A stretch of 64,000 nucleotides of DNA from Treponemataceae bacterium (lineage in GTDB: Bacteria > Spirochaetota > Spirochaetia > Treponematales > Treponemataceae): assembly GCA_963667185.2 (NCBI GenBank), contig OY762953.2, positions 1,776,129-1,840,128 on the forward strand. The letters run 5' to 3'. Of this stretch, positions 41,543-52,272 are shown piece after piece. The notes below the pieces were generated by a model. It was not told where the DNA came from. It searched no databases and worked only from the letters and a program-made list of their open reading frames with translations. Within the stretch, counting starts at the first letter, position 1. The number at the start of each line of letters is the position of its first letter. The translations under genes were made by a program, and so were the position numbers.

Positions 41543-44122
41543 ATGGTTGAACAAACGATAGTACCTATTGAACAATTACTGCCGAACAAGCTTTTTCTGA
41601 TTCCCCTCATGGGGCGTCCCATATTTCCCGGCATCTTTACCCCGGTTATGATCAATAACAGCGACGACGTGAAGGTCGTGGAAGAAGCGTATACCGGCGA
41701 CGGATTTATCGGTATTTCGATGCTCAATACGGAAAGCGAGCACACGACCGTTGCCGATCTCTGCCAGGTCGGAACCGTCGCGCGGATCATCAAGAAGATC
41801 AACCTGCCGGACGGCGGCGTGAACGTCTTTATTTCGACGCTCAAGCGCTATCGCGTCCGCAAGACCGTGAACGAGCGAAACCCGATGATTGCGATCGTCG
41901 ACTATCTCGAGGACGAGGACGCCGATACCTTCGAGGTTAAGGCACTTACCCGCGCGCTCATCGGCGAGATGAAGGAAGTTTCCGAGAACAATCCCCTCTT
42001 CTCCGAGGAGATGCGGCTCAACATGATCAACATCGATCAGCCGGGAAAGATCGCGGACTTTATCGCGAGCATCCTGAACATCGACAAGCAGGATCAGCAG
42101 CGGATTCTCGAAATACAGAACGTGCGTCAGCGAATGGAACAGGTCCTCGTGTTCATCAAGAAGGAACAGGAGCTCCTGCGCGTGCAGAAGCGGATTCAGA
42201 GCGAGATCAATAACCGCATCGAGAAAAACCAGCGCGAGTACTTCCTTCGCGAGGAGCTCAAGACCATCAAGGAAGAGCTCGGCATCACCACCGACGCGAA
42301 GAGTTCCGATTACCAGAAATTCAAGGAAAAAGTCGACGCGCTCAAATTCGAGGGCGAGATAAAAGAAGCTGTCGAAAGCGAGCTTGAAAAGTTCGCCCTC
42401 ATGGATACGAACTCGAGCGAGTTCATCGTGACGCGCAATTACCTCGAGACGATCGTGAACCTTCCCTGGGCACTGCCCGCGGAGGAGTCCTACGATCTCA
42501 AGGACGCGCGCGCGGCGCTCGACGACGACCATTACGGGCTTGAGGACGTAAAGAAACGCATCATCGAATACCTCGCCGTCAGAAAGCTCAAGAAGGATAC
42601 GAAAGGCTCGATCATCCTTCTCGTCGGCCCGCCGGGGGTGGGAAAAACCAGCGTCGGTCGCTCTATTGCGCACGCGATGGGCAAGCCTTTTTTCCGGTTC
42701 TCGGTCGGCGGTATGCGCGACGAGGCTGAGATCAAGGGACACCGGCGCACCTATATCGGCGCGATGCCCGGCAAGATCATTCAGGGACTCAAGATCGTCA
42801 AGAACAAGGCCCCGGTTTTCATGATCGACGAAATCGACAAGATGGGACAAAGCTATCAAGGCGATCCCTCGAGCGCGCTTCTGGAAGTTCTCGACCCCGA
42901 GCAGAACGTCGCGTTTCGCGACCATTACCTCGACTTGCCGTTCGACCTTTCAAATATCCTTTTCATCCTCACCGCGAATACGCTCGACTCGATTCCCGGG
43001 CCGCTCATGGACCGCGCGGAAGTGATTCAGCTTTCGGGATACATCGACACCGAAAAGCTCGAGATCGCGAAGAAGTACCTCGTTCCCCGAAGCCTTGAGC
43101 GGAACGGGCTCGAGAAAAAACAGGCACGCTATTCGCGCGAGGCACTCCTTTACATCGCGAACGCGTATGCGCGCGAGGCGGGAGTGAGAAACTTCGAGAA
43201 GAATCTCGACAAAATTCACCGGAAGTTCGCGACCGAGATCGTTTTTGGCGAAAAAAAGAAAGGCGAGGTGTTCTATCCTGATTTGGTCATGATAGAGAAG
43301 TTGCTCGGCAAGCCCCATTTCCGCGACGACGACGTGAAGAAGGCCGACCGGCCCGGAACCTCGGTCGGACTCGCGTGGACGAGCATGGGCGGAGACACGC
43401 TGATAATCGAAGCCATCACGAATCCCGGAAAGGAAGGCTTTAGCCTGACCGGACAAATGGGCGACGTGATGAAGGAATCCGCGTCGATCGCATGGTCATG
43501 GGTCAAGCACCATGCGACAGAAACGGGACTCGTCCTCCCCGAATGGTACGAGAACCGTCTCATCCATCTCCACATCCCCGAAGGTGCGACTCCGAAAGAC
43601 GGGCCTTCCGCCGGCATTACGATGGCGACAGCACTTCTTTCGCTCATCAAGAACCGCACCATCAGGCCAGCACTCGCGATGACCGGAGAGCTTTCGCTGA
43701 CCGGACAGGTTTTGCCGATCGGCGGGCTCAAGGAAAAAACGGTAGCGGCGCACCGCAACGGAATAAAGGAAATTATCATTCCGATCGCGAACGTTCGCGA
43801 CCTTGACGACATTCCGGAGCACGTCCGCAAGGGAATCAAGTTCCATCCCGTCACGCGCATGGAAGACGTCGTCGAAATTGCGTTCCCTCCCGAAAAGAAA
43901 ACGAGAGCCGCGAAAGCGCCGACTGCAGCGAGTGAGAAAATCGCGACCGCAGTAAGTGCGAAAAAGAAAACTGACGGTAAGGCAAAAGCTGAGGGTAAGG
44001 CGAAGAAGGGCGTACGCGAAAAAAGCGCGGCAAAGACTGACGCCAAGGCGAAGGGCGGCAAGAAGCCCCTTTCGAAAGTGGCGCCGAAGCTCGTCGGGTT
44101 TGGAAAGAAAAAGAAGCAGTGA
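41543..44122 (+). CDS. lon: ATP-dependent Lon protease with Lys/Ala-rich C-terminal tail
   Basis: LON N-domain, Walker A GPPGVGKTS, catalytic Ser PKDGPSAGITMATAL. Extra ~75-aa tail. Confidence 0.95.
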   Translation: MVEQTIVPIEQLLPNKLFLIPLMGRPIFPGIFTPVMINNSDDVKVVEEAYTGDGFIGISMLNTESEHTTVADLCQVGTVARIIKKINLPDGGVNVFISTLKRYRVRKTVNERNPMIAIVDYLEDEDADTFEVKALTRALIGEMKEVSENNPLFSEEMRLNMINIDQPGKIADFIASILNIDKQDQQRILEIQNVRQRMEQVLVFIKKEQELLRVQKRIQSEINNRIEKNQREYFLREELKTIKEELGITTDAKSSDYQKFKEKVDALKFEGEIKEAVESELEKFALMDTNSSEFIVTRNYLETIVNLPWALPAEESYDLKDARAALDDDHYGLEDVKKRIIEYLAVRKLKKDTKGSIILLVGPPGVGKTSVGRSIAHAMGKPFFRFSVGGMRDEAEIKGHRRTYIGAMPGKIIQGLKIVKNKAPVFMIDEIDKMGQSYQGDPSSALLEVLDPEQNVAFRDHYLDLPFDLSNILFILTANTLDSIPGPLMDRAEVIQLSGYIDTEKLEIAKKYLVPRSLERNGLEKKQARYSREALLYIANAYAREAGVRNFEKNLDKIHRKFATEIVFGEKKKGEVFYPDLVMIEKLLGKPHFRDDDVKKADRPGTSVGLAWTSMGGDTLIIEAITNPGKEGFSLTGQMGDVMKESASIAWSWVKHHATETGLVLPEWYENRLIHLHIPEGATPKDGPSAGITMATALLSLIKNRTIRPALAMTGELSLTGQVLPIGGLKEKTVAAHRNGIKEIIIPIANVRDLDDIPEHVRKGIKFHPVTRMEDVVEIAFPPEKKTRAAKAPTAASEKIATAVSAKKKTDGKAKAEGKAKKGVREKSAAKTDAKAKGGKKPLSKVAPKLVGFGKKKKQ

Positions 44123-44141
44123 TCGCTCAATGCAAGATGCT

Positions 44142-44175
44142 AAAAAGGCGCGCCAAACGGTGCGCCTTTTTTTTA
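44142..44175. terminator. bidirectional terminator between convergent lon and pbpC
   Basis: A5, then GGCGCGCC-AAAC-GGTGCGCC, then T8. Confidence 0.8.
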
Positions 44176-46491
44176 TTCGCCGAGAACCTCGAATGAACGG
44201 GTAACGCGCGTGCCGCGTGAATCAGTGACCGTGAGAATATGCTTGCCCGGTCGGGGTCGGGTTTCCATCTGGTGATAGCCTTTCGTCTCGCCGAGATATT
44301 CGCCGTCAATGTCCCAATAGAGCGTCGCCCTCTTGTCGCGGTCCGCTGCCTGCATGACGAGCGAGCCGGGATTGCCGTCGATCTCTACCGGAATAAAAAC
44401 GCGCGCACCAGGCTCGGGGAAGACTATCGAGAGTTCTCCTTTCGAAGAGTCGCCCGTGTGACCGGCTATCCATGGCGGAAGCGATTGGTACGTAAGCGAT
44501 CTCCTCGAGTACCAATATTCAATGGCCGGCGGGAGAACGAATCTTTTTTGCGCGAGGGGAAGGCTCCCTTCCCATTTTCCGGTGAGGTCATCCGCGGTCG
44601 CCTGATAAAGACCGTCCGGCGTGAGCGTGACGGTTCTGCAATAGGGGCACGGAAGGCCGACGCTCGCGTTCATGGGCTTCGATATCCTGACCTTCGACGC
44701 GCAATCAGGACCCGCCGGATATCCCGAGTCGGCGCAGGCGTCGATCGACGCAAGGTCCGTCTCGGGACGGTCGGGCCATCCGCTTCTGGGAAGGATCGAG
44801 AAGATGTCGAAGAGAACGGGGGCGGCAGTCGTTATGCTTTTCAGCTCGGGTCGTCCCTCTCCCGTTGCGTTTCCGACCCAAACGCCAACGGTGTAGGCGG
44901 GGGTAACGCCGATTGCCCAGGCATCGCGGTTGCCGTAGCTCGTTCCGGTTTTCCACGCGATTTTTCGCGCCGAGGCAAATGACTGCCACAGGGATTCGTC
45001 GGCGGGGCGCGCGCCGTCCACGAGCGCGTCGAGCGTGAGCCAGGCAGCTCCCGCTGATAGCGGCGTTTTCATCGAGCGGGGGAGTTTCCGGTTTGAGGCG
45101 CGGTTCATGATCGCGGCATACGAGCGTACAGTTTCGTCGAGGGTGATCTCGCCGCCGCCGAGCACGAGCGGCAAACCGTACTCGTCGGCCGATCTCGTAA
45201 ACGTGGTGAAACCCGATTTCCGGAGAAAATCAAGGAACGGCGCGATGCCGAATTCCTGAAGCTCGCGGATCGCCGGTACGTTGAGCGAACGGGATAATGC
45301 CTCGTTCGCCTGTATTACGCCTTGATAGTCGGGAAGGTTGTTCTCAGGTTTGTAGCTGCCAATTCGCGTGGGTATGTCGACGACGAGTTCCTTCGGGAGA
45401 AGCAGTCCCGCGTCGAGCATTGCGCCGTAGAGAAATGGCTTGAGGACGCTGCCGGAACTTCTTTGAGATGCGATGATGTCGACATCGGCATTCTTGCCGT
45501 CCGCGCGGCCTTGTCCGGTGTTTCCGACATACGCAAGCGTCTGTCCGGTTTTCGTATCGATGATGATGGCGGCGGCGTTCGCGATGCCCGATTGCGCGAA
45601 TTGGGCTGACCACCGTTCGAGAATCGCAGTTGCCCCGATCTGGAATTTGCGGTCGATAGAAGTCGCGTGCATGCCGGATTCCCTCATGCGCTCGAGATAC
45701 TGCGGCGCAAGGCGGGGAAGGGCATAGGGCGCGTCGGGCAGGCTTTCGTCAAGTGAAAGGACGAGTTCTCCTCGTGCGACGTAGCCGCGCGCGCAAAGGT
45801 CCCTGAGAAGCCGGTCTCTTTTTTCGAGGAGTCTTTCGCGGTCAGCTCCGGGATGTACCATCGAGGGCTGATTCGGAAGTACTGCGAGTGTCGCGGCTTC
45901 GGCCCAGGTGAGGTTTTCGGGCGGGCGGTTGAAGTACCGCCAGGACGCGGCCTCAAGACCGACCACGTTGCCGCCAAACGGGGCTGAGGCCGCGTAAAGC
46001 GAAAGAATTTCGCGCTTGGTGTACCGGGCCTCAAGGAGAAGCGCGAGAAAGGCTTCCCTGATTTTTTGCGGAAGCGTTCGGGAAGGATTGTCGAGCGATA
46101 AGCGGACAGTCTGCATGGTGAGCGTCGAGCCGCCCGATACTACGCGATGCGCGGAGGCGTTTTGCAGTACCGCGCGCGCGAGGGACAGGGGGTCGATTCC
46201 CGGGTGGAAGTAAAAACGGCGATCCTCGAACGTGATAAGGGCGATCGCGACGCGCTCGGGGACCTTCCCCGGCGCGAAGCGCCACTGACCGTCGGATGAA
46301 ACCGTCGCGCCGAGGAGTTTCCCCGCGCGATCGTAAATCGCGAACGAGAGCGGTTTCGCCATGCGCGGAGGAGCAAGCGTCAAAAGCGCGAAAAGGGGCA
46401 GCGCCGCGAAAAACGAGAGGATGAGTCCCCTGCCAAAGCGCGCAAGAAATTCCGCCGCGCGACGCGCGGCGGAATAAAATGATGGTTTCAT
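44173..46491 (-). CDS. pbpC: penicillin-binding protein 1C (bifunctional GT51 transglycosylase/transpeptidase)
   Basis: GT51 motifs (FEDRRFYFHPGIDP, GGSTLTMQ), a transpeptidase SxxK (SVLKP), and a C-terminal PBP1C-type domain. 19 nt downstream of the alpha-2-macroglobulin gene. Confidence 0.85.
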   Translation of the reverse strand: MKPSFYSAARRAAEFLARFGRGLILSFFAALPLFALLTLAPPRMAKPLSFAIYDRAGKLLGATVSSDGQWRFAPGKVPERVAIALITFEDRRFYFHPGIDPLSLARAVLQNASAHRVVSGGSTLTMQTVRLSLDNPSRTLPQKIREAFLALLLEARYTKREILSLYAASAPFGGNVVGLEAASWRYFNRPPENLTWAEAATLAVLPNQPSMVHPGADRERLLEKRDRLLRDLCARGYVARGELVLSLDESLPDAPYALPRLAPQYLERMRESGMHATSIDRKFQIGATAILERWSAQFAQSGIANAAAIIIDTKTGQTLAYVGNTGQGRADGKNADVDIIASQRSSGSVLKPFLYGAMLDAGLLLPKELVVDIPTRIGSYKPENNLPDYQGVIQANEALSRSLNVPAIRELQEFGIAPFLDFLRKSGFTTFTRSADEYGLPLVLGGGEITLDETVRSYAAIMNRASNRKLPRSMKTPLSAGAAWLTLDALVDGARPADESLWQSFASARKIAWKTGTSYGNRDAWAIGVTPAYTVGVWVGNATGEGRPELKSITTAAPVLFDIFSILPRSGWPDRPETDLASIDACADSGYPAGPDCASKVRISKPMNASVGLPCPYCRTVTLTPDGLYQATADDLTGKWEGSLPLAQKRFVLPPAIEYWYSRRSLTYQSLPPWIAGHTGDSSKGELSIVFPEPGARVFIPVEIDGNPGSLVMQAADRDKRATLYWDIDGEYLGETKGYHQMETRPRPGKHILTVTDSRGTRVTRSFEVLGE

Positions 46492-46510
46492 TACAAGGAT
46501 CCGAAGAGAA

Positions 46511-49500
46511 TCACTCGGCGCTGGCGGGAGATACGCGTGTTACCGCCTGACCCGGGCTGATCGCCTGATATTCCGCGTCGTACATCGCCTCGACCCGCGA
46601 GGCAGGCACGTAATAGTTTCCCTCGAAGGCGACCGTCGCATAGAACGTGAACGTCTTCGTTTCGGATGAACCGAGCGTGAAGTAGGTGTAAATGTTCGTG
46701 TCGCGCATATCCTGATACCGGTACAGGGGTTCGACCGGTTTCGCGTTCCAGTCGGAGTCCTCGTTGTCCTCATCGTCATCGTCGTAAGAAGCGTCTTCGT
46801 CATCTTCTCCTTCATCACTTGCCGCGATCGCTTTGTCCCCGTCTTTTTCGTCCGAACCCACACGGTCGTTGCCGAATTCCCACGTGGTCGGTATCGGAAT
46901 CGACAGCGCAAGGTTCTCGACTTTTTTGTCCGTAAGGTTTGTCACGCGTACGGAGACGGTGAACGAATCGCCGCTTTTCATTTCTGACGGCCGTATTTCG
47001 TTTCCATTCGGGTCGAGGTACTGGACGGAAAGGGCAAGTCCCTCTTCGACCTTCTTTTCCTTTCCCGGCAATACCTGCCCGCGCGTCACAACCTTGCCGT
47101 AGATGCTCTTTGCGCCGGTGTTCTTTACGACGATCGTCTGTGTCGGCGATTCGAACGGCTCAAGTTCCCTGATCACCGCTCCGCGAGAAATTTCGCCCGT
47201 CGTATCGCCCTTGTCCCATTCGATCGCGTAGGTCGCCGGAGATTTTTCAAAGACGCGATAATACGGCGCGAGCGCGATGAGGAGCCATGCGGTTTCCTGG
47301 GTTGAGTACCACGAATCGGACCCGAGTTTTTCGGCGACTTTCGGGACCATGTCCGCCGCCCGTCTTTCGTCGCCCATCGCACCGAGGACGCTCAGGATTA
47401 TCGCCGAGTCGCGCGAGTCCGATCCCCAGGTGTTACCGGTTTCGCGGTATGGTCGCGGAGAGAGTGCAAGATCTGCGGTCATTTCCCTCGCCTTGTCGGC
47501 ATGCCCTGAAAGCGCGTAGCTTCCCGCAAGCAGCCAGGTAGCCGTATCGGACACTCCGTCCAGGGTTGCGAGACGGTTCATCGCGCCGAGTTCGGGGAAA
47601 CCCGAAAGCGCGAGCGTGTAAAGCCGGTAGGCCTGAAGCGTTGCGTCATCCGTGTCCCCGTCATTTTTCTTGCCGCCTTGCCAGTCGCGCGCGGCTTCGC
47701 TCTGGAATGTAAGCCATGGCTTGAAAATCGAGTCGGGAACCGTGTATCCCGCTTTCTTCGCCTCCGCCATGAAGTGCCCCGCATAGCTCGTGCCCCAATA
47801 GCTTTCTTCCTTTTCGCCGGGCCAGTATGCGAATCCTCCCGATGCGGTCTGATACGAAGGATACCGCGCGATGACCGATGCGACGTTTTTCTTGATGCGC
47901 TCGTTTTCTTCGCTCGTCGTCGTGATGAGAGCGGGCACGTAGAGCTGGGGGAATCCTCCCGAGGTTATTTGCTCGATGCAACCGTGCGGGTAATTTACGA
48001 GATACTTGAGCCGCGTCTGGAGGTCGAGTACGGGAAGCGTCGAGAGCTCGACGCTCATTGTTCGGCTTCCCTTCTCGCCGGGACTCGGAATGTAATCGCG
48101 ATAGCGTTCGCCGGGTAGAACGGTGAACCGCTTCGCGCTGGATATCGGGCTTCCGCGGGAAAGCACGTCTATTTCGGTCACTGCATCTGCCCGTGCGCCA
48201 GGCTCGGTCGCGTCGCTTCCTGCGCGGGACGCAGATATGGCGAACTTCGCGATTCCCTCGGCTGCAGCCTTGATCCTGAAGGTCGCCGTCGCGTTGCCCG
48301 AGGCGTCGACGCTGATCGTCTGCGCAAGCTCTGCCTGAACGGAACCGGTTGCCTCAAGTTTAACCTCGACGCTCGACTTCGTATCGCGTCCATTGAATAC
48401 GGTGACCGGTATATCGATCGTCTCGCCGAGACCGAGCGATCTCGGTAGCGTCGGAAGAACCATGAGGTCACTCTTGACGGGAACGGTTTTTTCGGCCGTT
48501 CCGTACGCACCGCTTCTCCCTGCGACAACCATCACGCGAACGGCGCCGATGTATTGAGGCATTTCGAATTCGGTGACCGTCTTCCCGCCCGCGGGCAGGT
48601 TGTAGGGTCCGAAGAAAAGCACAACGGGTTTGAAGCGCTCCGCTTTCTTGTTGTTTCCGGCCATTCCTTCTTCGGCGCCACCGACCGATATGAGGGTTTC
48701 GAGTTTGCCACCGAAGGCACTCATGACGTAGCGATAGAGATCCCAGCTTTCGAGGAGGGACGCTTCTTTCTTGTAAAACTCGTTCCAGGGATCGTTCGCC
48801 TTGAAGCGCGTGAGTCCGAGCAGCCCCTCATCGACGACCGCGACCGTGTAGGTCATTGCCTTGCCCGACGATTCCGATACTTCGACGCTCGCTTTCTTTC
48901 CGGGTTCATACTGCGAAGCAGTCGAGATGACCGGCGCGAGCCGGGTCGCGGGATTTTCTACCATGACCGGGATGACTCCGTAGAGCCTGATCGGGAGGCT
49001 GTTCGCGGTTTGCAGATGTTTCTGGAGGAGCGTGATGTGGACATACACGTTCGGTGCCATGGATTCGGTAAGCGGAAGACGGTACACCGTCGTTCCCTTC
49101 GTGGTCTCGAGCCAGTCCTGCCGTGCTATCTTTCCGTTTTTCTCGACGGTGACGAGCGCGCGTCCTTCCGCTCCTGAGGCAAAGCTGATCTGCGCGGTCT
49201 CTCCTGTTTTATACGAAGGCTTGTCGCGGACGAGGGTAAGCATTGCGGCGCTTCCCGATCCCGCTTCCTGCGAGCGTCCCGCCCAGCCGGGCCAATCGAC
49301 ATAGACGACTTTCGCCGTGCTGTGTCCGCCTTTTTCGTCAGAGGCGACGACGAGATAGCGTCCCCACTCGGGATAGTTGATTTCGAATTCCCAGGAGCCC
49401 TTGCCGCCCTTGACGAGCGTCTCGCCGCTTGTGACGAGATCGGTGGAGCGCTCGCTCACGTAGGTCGCGTCGGTCAGCGCGTCCTTCTCCCACCACCAGC

Positions 49501-52219
49501 GCCACTGAAGTTTGTAAACCGCGATTTGAATCTTGACGTTTTGCGTAACCGGCTTTCCGCCCGCGTCGACGAGTGCGATATCCATGCGGTGCTTCTGATC
49601 GGTCAAAAGCATCCCGCGCGTTTCGTCGCCCTTCGGGAGCCTGATGCCGACGTAGCGATTGTAGGGCGAATAGTCGAAGCTCGCCTGCTCGATGGAGAAC
49701 ATGCCGGAAGGCTCGAATATGCGCGTGATGAGCTGAGCGCGGAGCTTGCCCGGGAGCGAGTCTCCCGCGCTGAGGGAAAGATTGAAGCGAGCACTTGAGT
49801 TTTGGTCGAGGTTTCCTTCCCAGACCGTTTTCCGCTCGGACTCGACGCGGCGTTCGGGATTCGTAAAGGTGTAATCGGCATATCCGGGGAAGCTCGGGTC
49901 TCCGGGGAAAAAGATTGCGGCGACGTCGGCCTTGAGTCCCGCCGCCTTCGCGCCATGGAGCCATGCTCCGGTGAGGACGAACGGATTGTCCGTCGCGCCG
50001 AGAATTGCTTTTGACGTCTTGAGGTCAATCGAAAGGCGGTTCGGGACGACCATCTCGATCTTGAGGCTGCGTGTCCACGTTTGGCCGCCCGCCTTTACGC
50101 GTGCGATCCAAAGGCCGGTCGCCGCGTCGCTCGCCGTGGCGGTATCGATGCGGTAAAAACCGTTGACCGCTTCGGAGTATACGCCCGATTTCGCGATACG
50201 GCCCATCGGGTCCTGAAGCTCGAAGGTGACCGGGAAATTCGCGGGAAGTCGCTTTGCGGGATCCTGAAGAACGAACACGAGATGAATGTCGTCGCCGGGT
50301 CTCCAAACTCCGCGCTCACCGTAGATGAAACCCTTGATGCCTTTTGCCGCCTTGTCGCCGTCAACTTCGAAGTGACTGACGCTGAGCGCGGTTCCGGAGT
50401 CAATGCGAAGATAGGAGACTTGACCTTCCTTTCCCGCGGTAATGAAGTACGGTACTGCGACGGGCTCGAACCGGGCGGTACCCGACGCGTCAGTTTTTGC
50501 GCGCGCGAGTTCTTTTTGCGCGTAGGAATAAAGCGCAACGTCGGCGTTCGCGACGGGAGCGGCGTTCGCGATGTCGGCGACGGTGATCGCGTAAGCCCCG
50601 TCCTGATCCTTTTTTGCGAGGATGCCGAGGTTCGATATCAGGACGTTCTTTTTCGCGACGATCTCACTGTGGTAGTTTGACAGATAGAAAGCCGGATGGC
50701 AGGGATCGTTCTCGTATTCCCAGTACGTCCGTCTTTTTTTCCAGTCCATGTCGCCGTACCAATCCCAATAGCTGTACTCGTTCGGCGTGTCGTCCGTGAT
50801 TTCGTCGGAAGGCATGGGAAAGGTTGAAAAATCGGGATGGTTCGCCGTGCACTCGTACATGACGTGACGATGGCGGAAGGTTACCCTGAGTTGGTACATG
50901 CCGCCGGGAAATTTCTTGATGAGTTCGGTGAGGTCAAGGCCGCGCGGAACGTAGCGGTTTTTCATGCCGTCGTCCCAGTTGAAGTCGAAAGACTTGCTCC
51001 ATACGGGGGCGCCGACGCGGCGGAGCTCGTACGAGCCGTCGAGTTCGTTTGTCTGGAGGAACTGGAGGATGTTGTCTCCGTAAATCTGATAGGCTTCGAT
51101 AATCAGGCCGCGGACGTTTTTCGTCTCGACGGGGACGACGACGCCGTTATTGGGCGGGAGGATGACGCCGTCTCCCTCAAAACGCACTTCCGGTATTTCC
51201 CACGCTTCGTTCATCCGGGCGGAAGCTTCGCGCATGAGCGTCTTTCCGGTGGAGCTCTTGAAGCCTTCGAGCACGGTAATCTTCCCGTCGCCCTTCCAGC
51301 CGTCGGCCGCGTACACCTTGAGCACGTTCGCGTCTACGCTGTAGCGGACGTTCATCTCCGCCGCGCCTCCCATGCGGACGAGACCGCGTATGTCCTGAGC
51401 GGGATCGATGCGGTCGGAAAACCTGACTTCGACCGACGATGGATCGACGCTTGCGATTTCGAGAACGCGGAAGTCTTCGAGCGCGGGAACGAGATAGCTC
51501 TTTTTGCCGTGCTCGCGAGAGCCGATGGCTCCGCCTTTCCACGCAACGGTGAGAACCCGGTCGGTTTTCTCCCTCGGGATGTGCCTGATCGTAAAGCGCC
51601 ATACGGCGGACGACTCGGTCGCACCCTTTGCGTGTTCCCATTCGACCGCGAGGCCGCGGTCCTTTTCAGTTTTTCCGAATCCCGCGCTTACCATGGACCG
51701 AATCGTGCGCTCGCTTACCGGTATGTCGGCCGTTATGGTTCCCGAGAAGGAGAAGAGCCGGGAATCCGGGTCTTCTGCGTAGAGCCCTTCGGGGTCGACC
51801 GAGTAGTCGGCGGGTTTGACCGCGAATTTTTGTACGAAGCCCTCGAGTCCTTTTTCTTTCCCGGCGAGAAGACCGGTATCGATGGAGAGCCTGAAAGAAG
51901 AACGGCTCCGGTACGGATCTTCCGGGGTGAACTCAACCGTCCTCTCGTCGCGAACCGCCCATGATCCGGCGATCGCCGGAGAAAAGGCCGCGGCGCGGCC
52001 GATGGCGTCGGGCGCGGGGATGGGTTCCTTGAAGCGGATGACGATTGCGTCGAGTCTGCCGAGCCGGTCATTGCTGATCTGGTCAACCTTCGAAAGGGTT
52101 GAGACGGAAAAGCGCGGCTCGAAGGCAGCGCGGACGAGGACGAATCCGCTGACCGCGAGAAATGCCGCGATGACGAGCGGAATGACGATAAAGGGGATTT
52201 TTTTCGGAAGGATTTTCAT
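46511..52219 (-). CDS. bacterial alpha-2-macroglobulin (YfhM-like) with intact thioester motif
   Basis: About 1900 aa. Thioester CIEQ (NYPHGCIEQ, 47969-47980). N-terminal signal anchor. Start set to MKILPKK (ATG 52219). Confidence 0.9.
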   Translation of the reverse strand: MKILPKKIPFIVIPLVIAAFLAVSGFVLVRAAFEPRFSVSTLSKVDQISNDRLGRLDAIVIRFKEPIPAPDAIGRAAAFSPAIAGSWAVRDERTVEFTPEDPYRSRSSFRLSIDTGLLAGKEKGLEGFVQKFAVKPADYSVDPEGLYAEDPDSRLFSFSGTITADIPVSERTIRSMVSAGFGKTEKDRGLAVEWEHAKGATESSAVWRFTIRHIPREKTDRVLTVAWKGGAIGSREHGKKSYLVPALEDFRVLEIASVDPSSVEVRFSDRIDPAQDIRGLVRMGGAAEMNVRYSVDANVLKVYAADGWKGDGKITVLEGFKSSTGKTLMREASARMNEAWEIPEVRFEGDGVILPPNNGVVVPVETKNVRGLIIEAYQIYGDNILQFLQTNELDGSYELRRVGAPVWSKSFDFNWDDGMKNRYVPRGLDLTELIKKFPGGMYQLRVTFRHRHVMYECTANHPDFSTFPMPSDEITDDTPNEYSYWDWYGDMDWKKRRTYWEYENDPCHPAFYLSNYHSEIVAKKNVLISNLGILAKKDQDGAYAITVADIANAAPVANADVALYSYAQKELARAKTDASGTARFEPVAVPYFITAGKEGQVSYLRIDSGTALSVSHFEVDGDKAAKGIKGFIYGERGVWRPGDDIHLVFVLQDPAKRLPANFPVTFELQDPMGRIAKSGVYSEAVNGFYRIDTATASDAATGLWIARVKAGGQTWTRSLKIEMVVPNRLSIDLKTSKAILGATDNPFVLTGAWLHGAKAAGLKADVAAIFFPGDPSFPGYADYTFTNPERRVESERKTVWEGNLDQNSSARFNLSLSAGDSLPGKLRAQLITRIFEPSGMFSIEQASFDYSPYNRYVGIRLPKGDETRGMLLTDQKHRMDIALVDAGGKPVTQNVKIQIAVYKLQWRWWWEKDALTDATYVSERSTDLVTSGETLVKGGKGSWEFEINYPEWGRYLVVASDEKGGHSTAKVVYVDWPGWAGRSQEAGSGSAAMLTLVRDKPSYKTGETAQISFASGAEGRALVTVEKNGKIARQDWLETTKGTTVYRLPLTESMAPNVYVHITLLQKHLQTANSLPIRLYGVIPVMVENPATRLAPVISTASQYEPGKKASVEVSESSGKAMTYTVAVVDEGLLGLTRFKANDPWNEFYKKEASLLESWDLYRYVMSAFGGKLETLISVGGAEEGMAGNNKKAERFKPVVLFFGPYNLPAGGKTVTEFEMPQYIGAVRVMVVAGRSGAYGTAEKTVPVKSDLMVLPTLPRSLGLGETIDIPVTVFNGRDTKSSVEVKLEATGSVQAELAQTISVDASGNATATFRIKAAAEGIAKFAISASRAGSDATEPGARADAVTEIDVLSRGSPISSAKRFTVLPGERYRDYIPSPGEKGSRTMSVELSTLPVLDLQTRLKYLVNYPHGCIEQITSGGFPQLYVPALITTTSEENERIKKNVASVIARYPSYQTASGGFAYWPGEKEESYWGTSYAGHFMAEAKKAGYTVPDSIFKPWLTFQSEAARDWQGGKKNDGDTDDATLQAYRLYTLALSGFPELGAMNRLATLDGVSDTATWLLAGSYALSGHADKAREMTADLALSPRPYRETGNTWGSDSRDSAIILSVLGAMGDERRAADMVPKVAEKLGSDSWYSTQETAWLLIALAPYYRVFEKSPATYAIEWDKGDTTGEISRGAVIRELEPFESPTQTIVVKNTGAKSIYGKVVTRGQVLPGKEKKVEEGLALSVQYLDPNGNEIRPSEMKSGDSFTVSVRVTNLTDKKVENLALSIPIPTTWEFGNDRVGSDEKDGDKAIAASDEGEDDEDASYDDDDEDNEDSDWNAKPVEPLYRYQDMRDTNIYTYFTLGSSETKTFTFYATVAFEGNYYVPASRVEAMYDAEYQAISPGQAVTRVSPASAE

Positions 52220-52226
52220 ACCCGTA

Positions 52227-52235
52227 ATGATAGCA
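52227..52235 (-). promoter_or_regulatory. extended -10 TGcTATCAT, 7 nt before alpha-2-macroglobulin ATG 52219 (leaderless layout)
   Basis: Minus-strand TGC 52235-52233, TATCAT 52232-52227. Confidence 0.45.
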
Positions 52236-52272
52236 CACTCAGGCAGCACTTGCTGAGGGAAAAGAGATGAGT

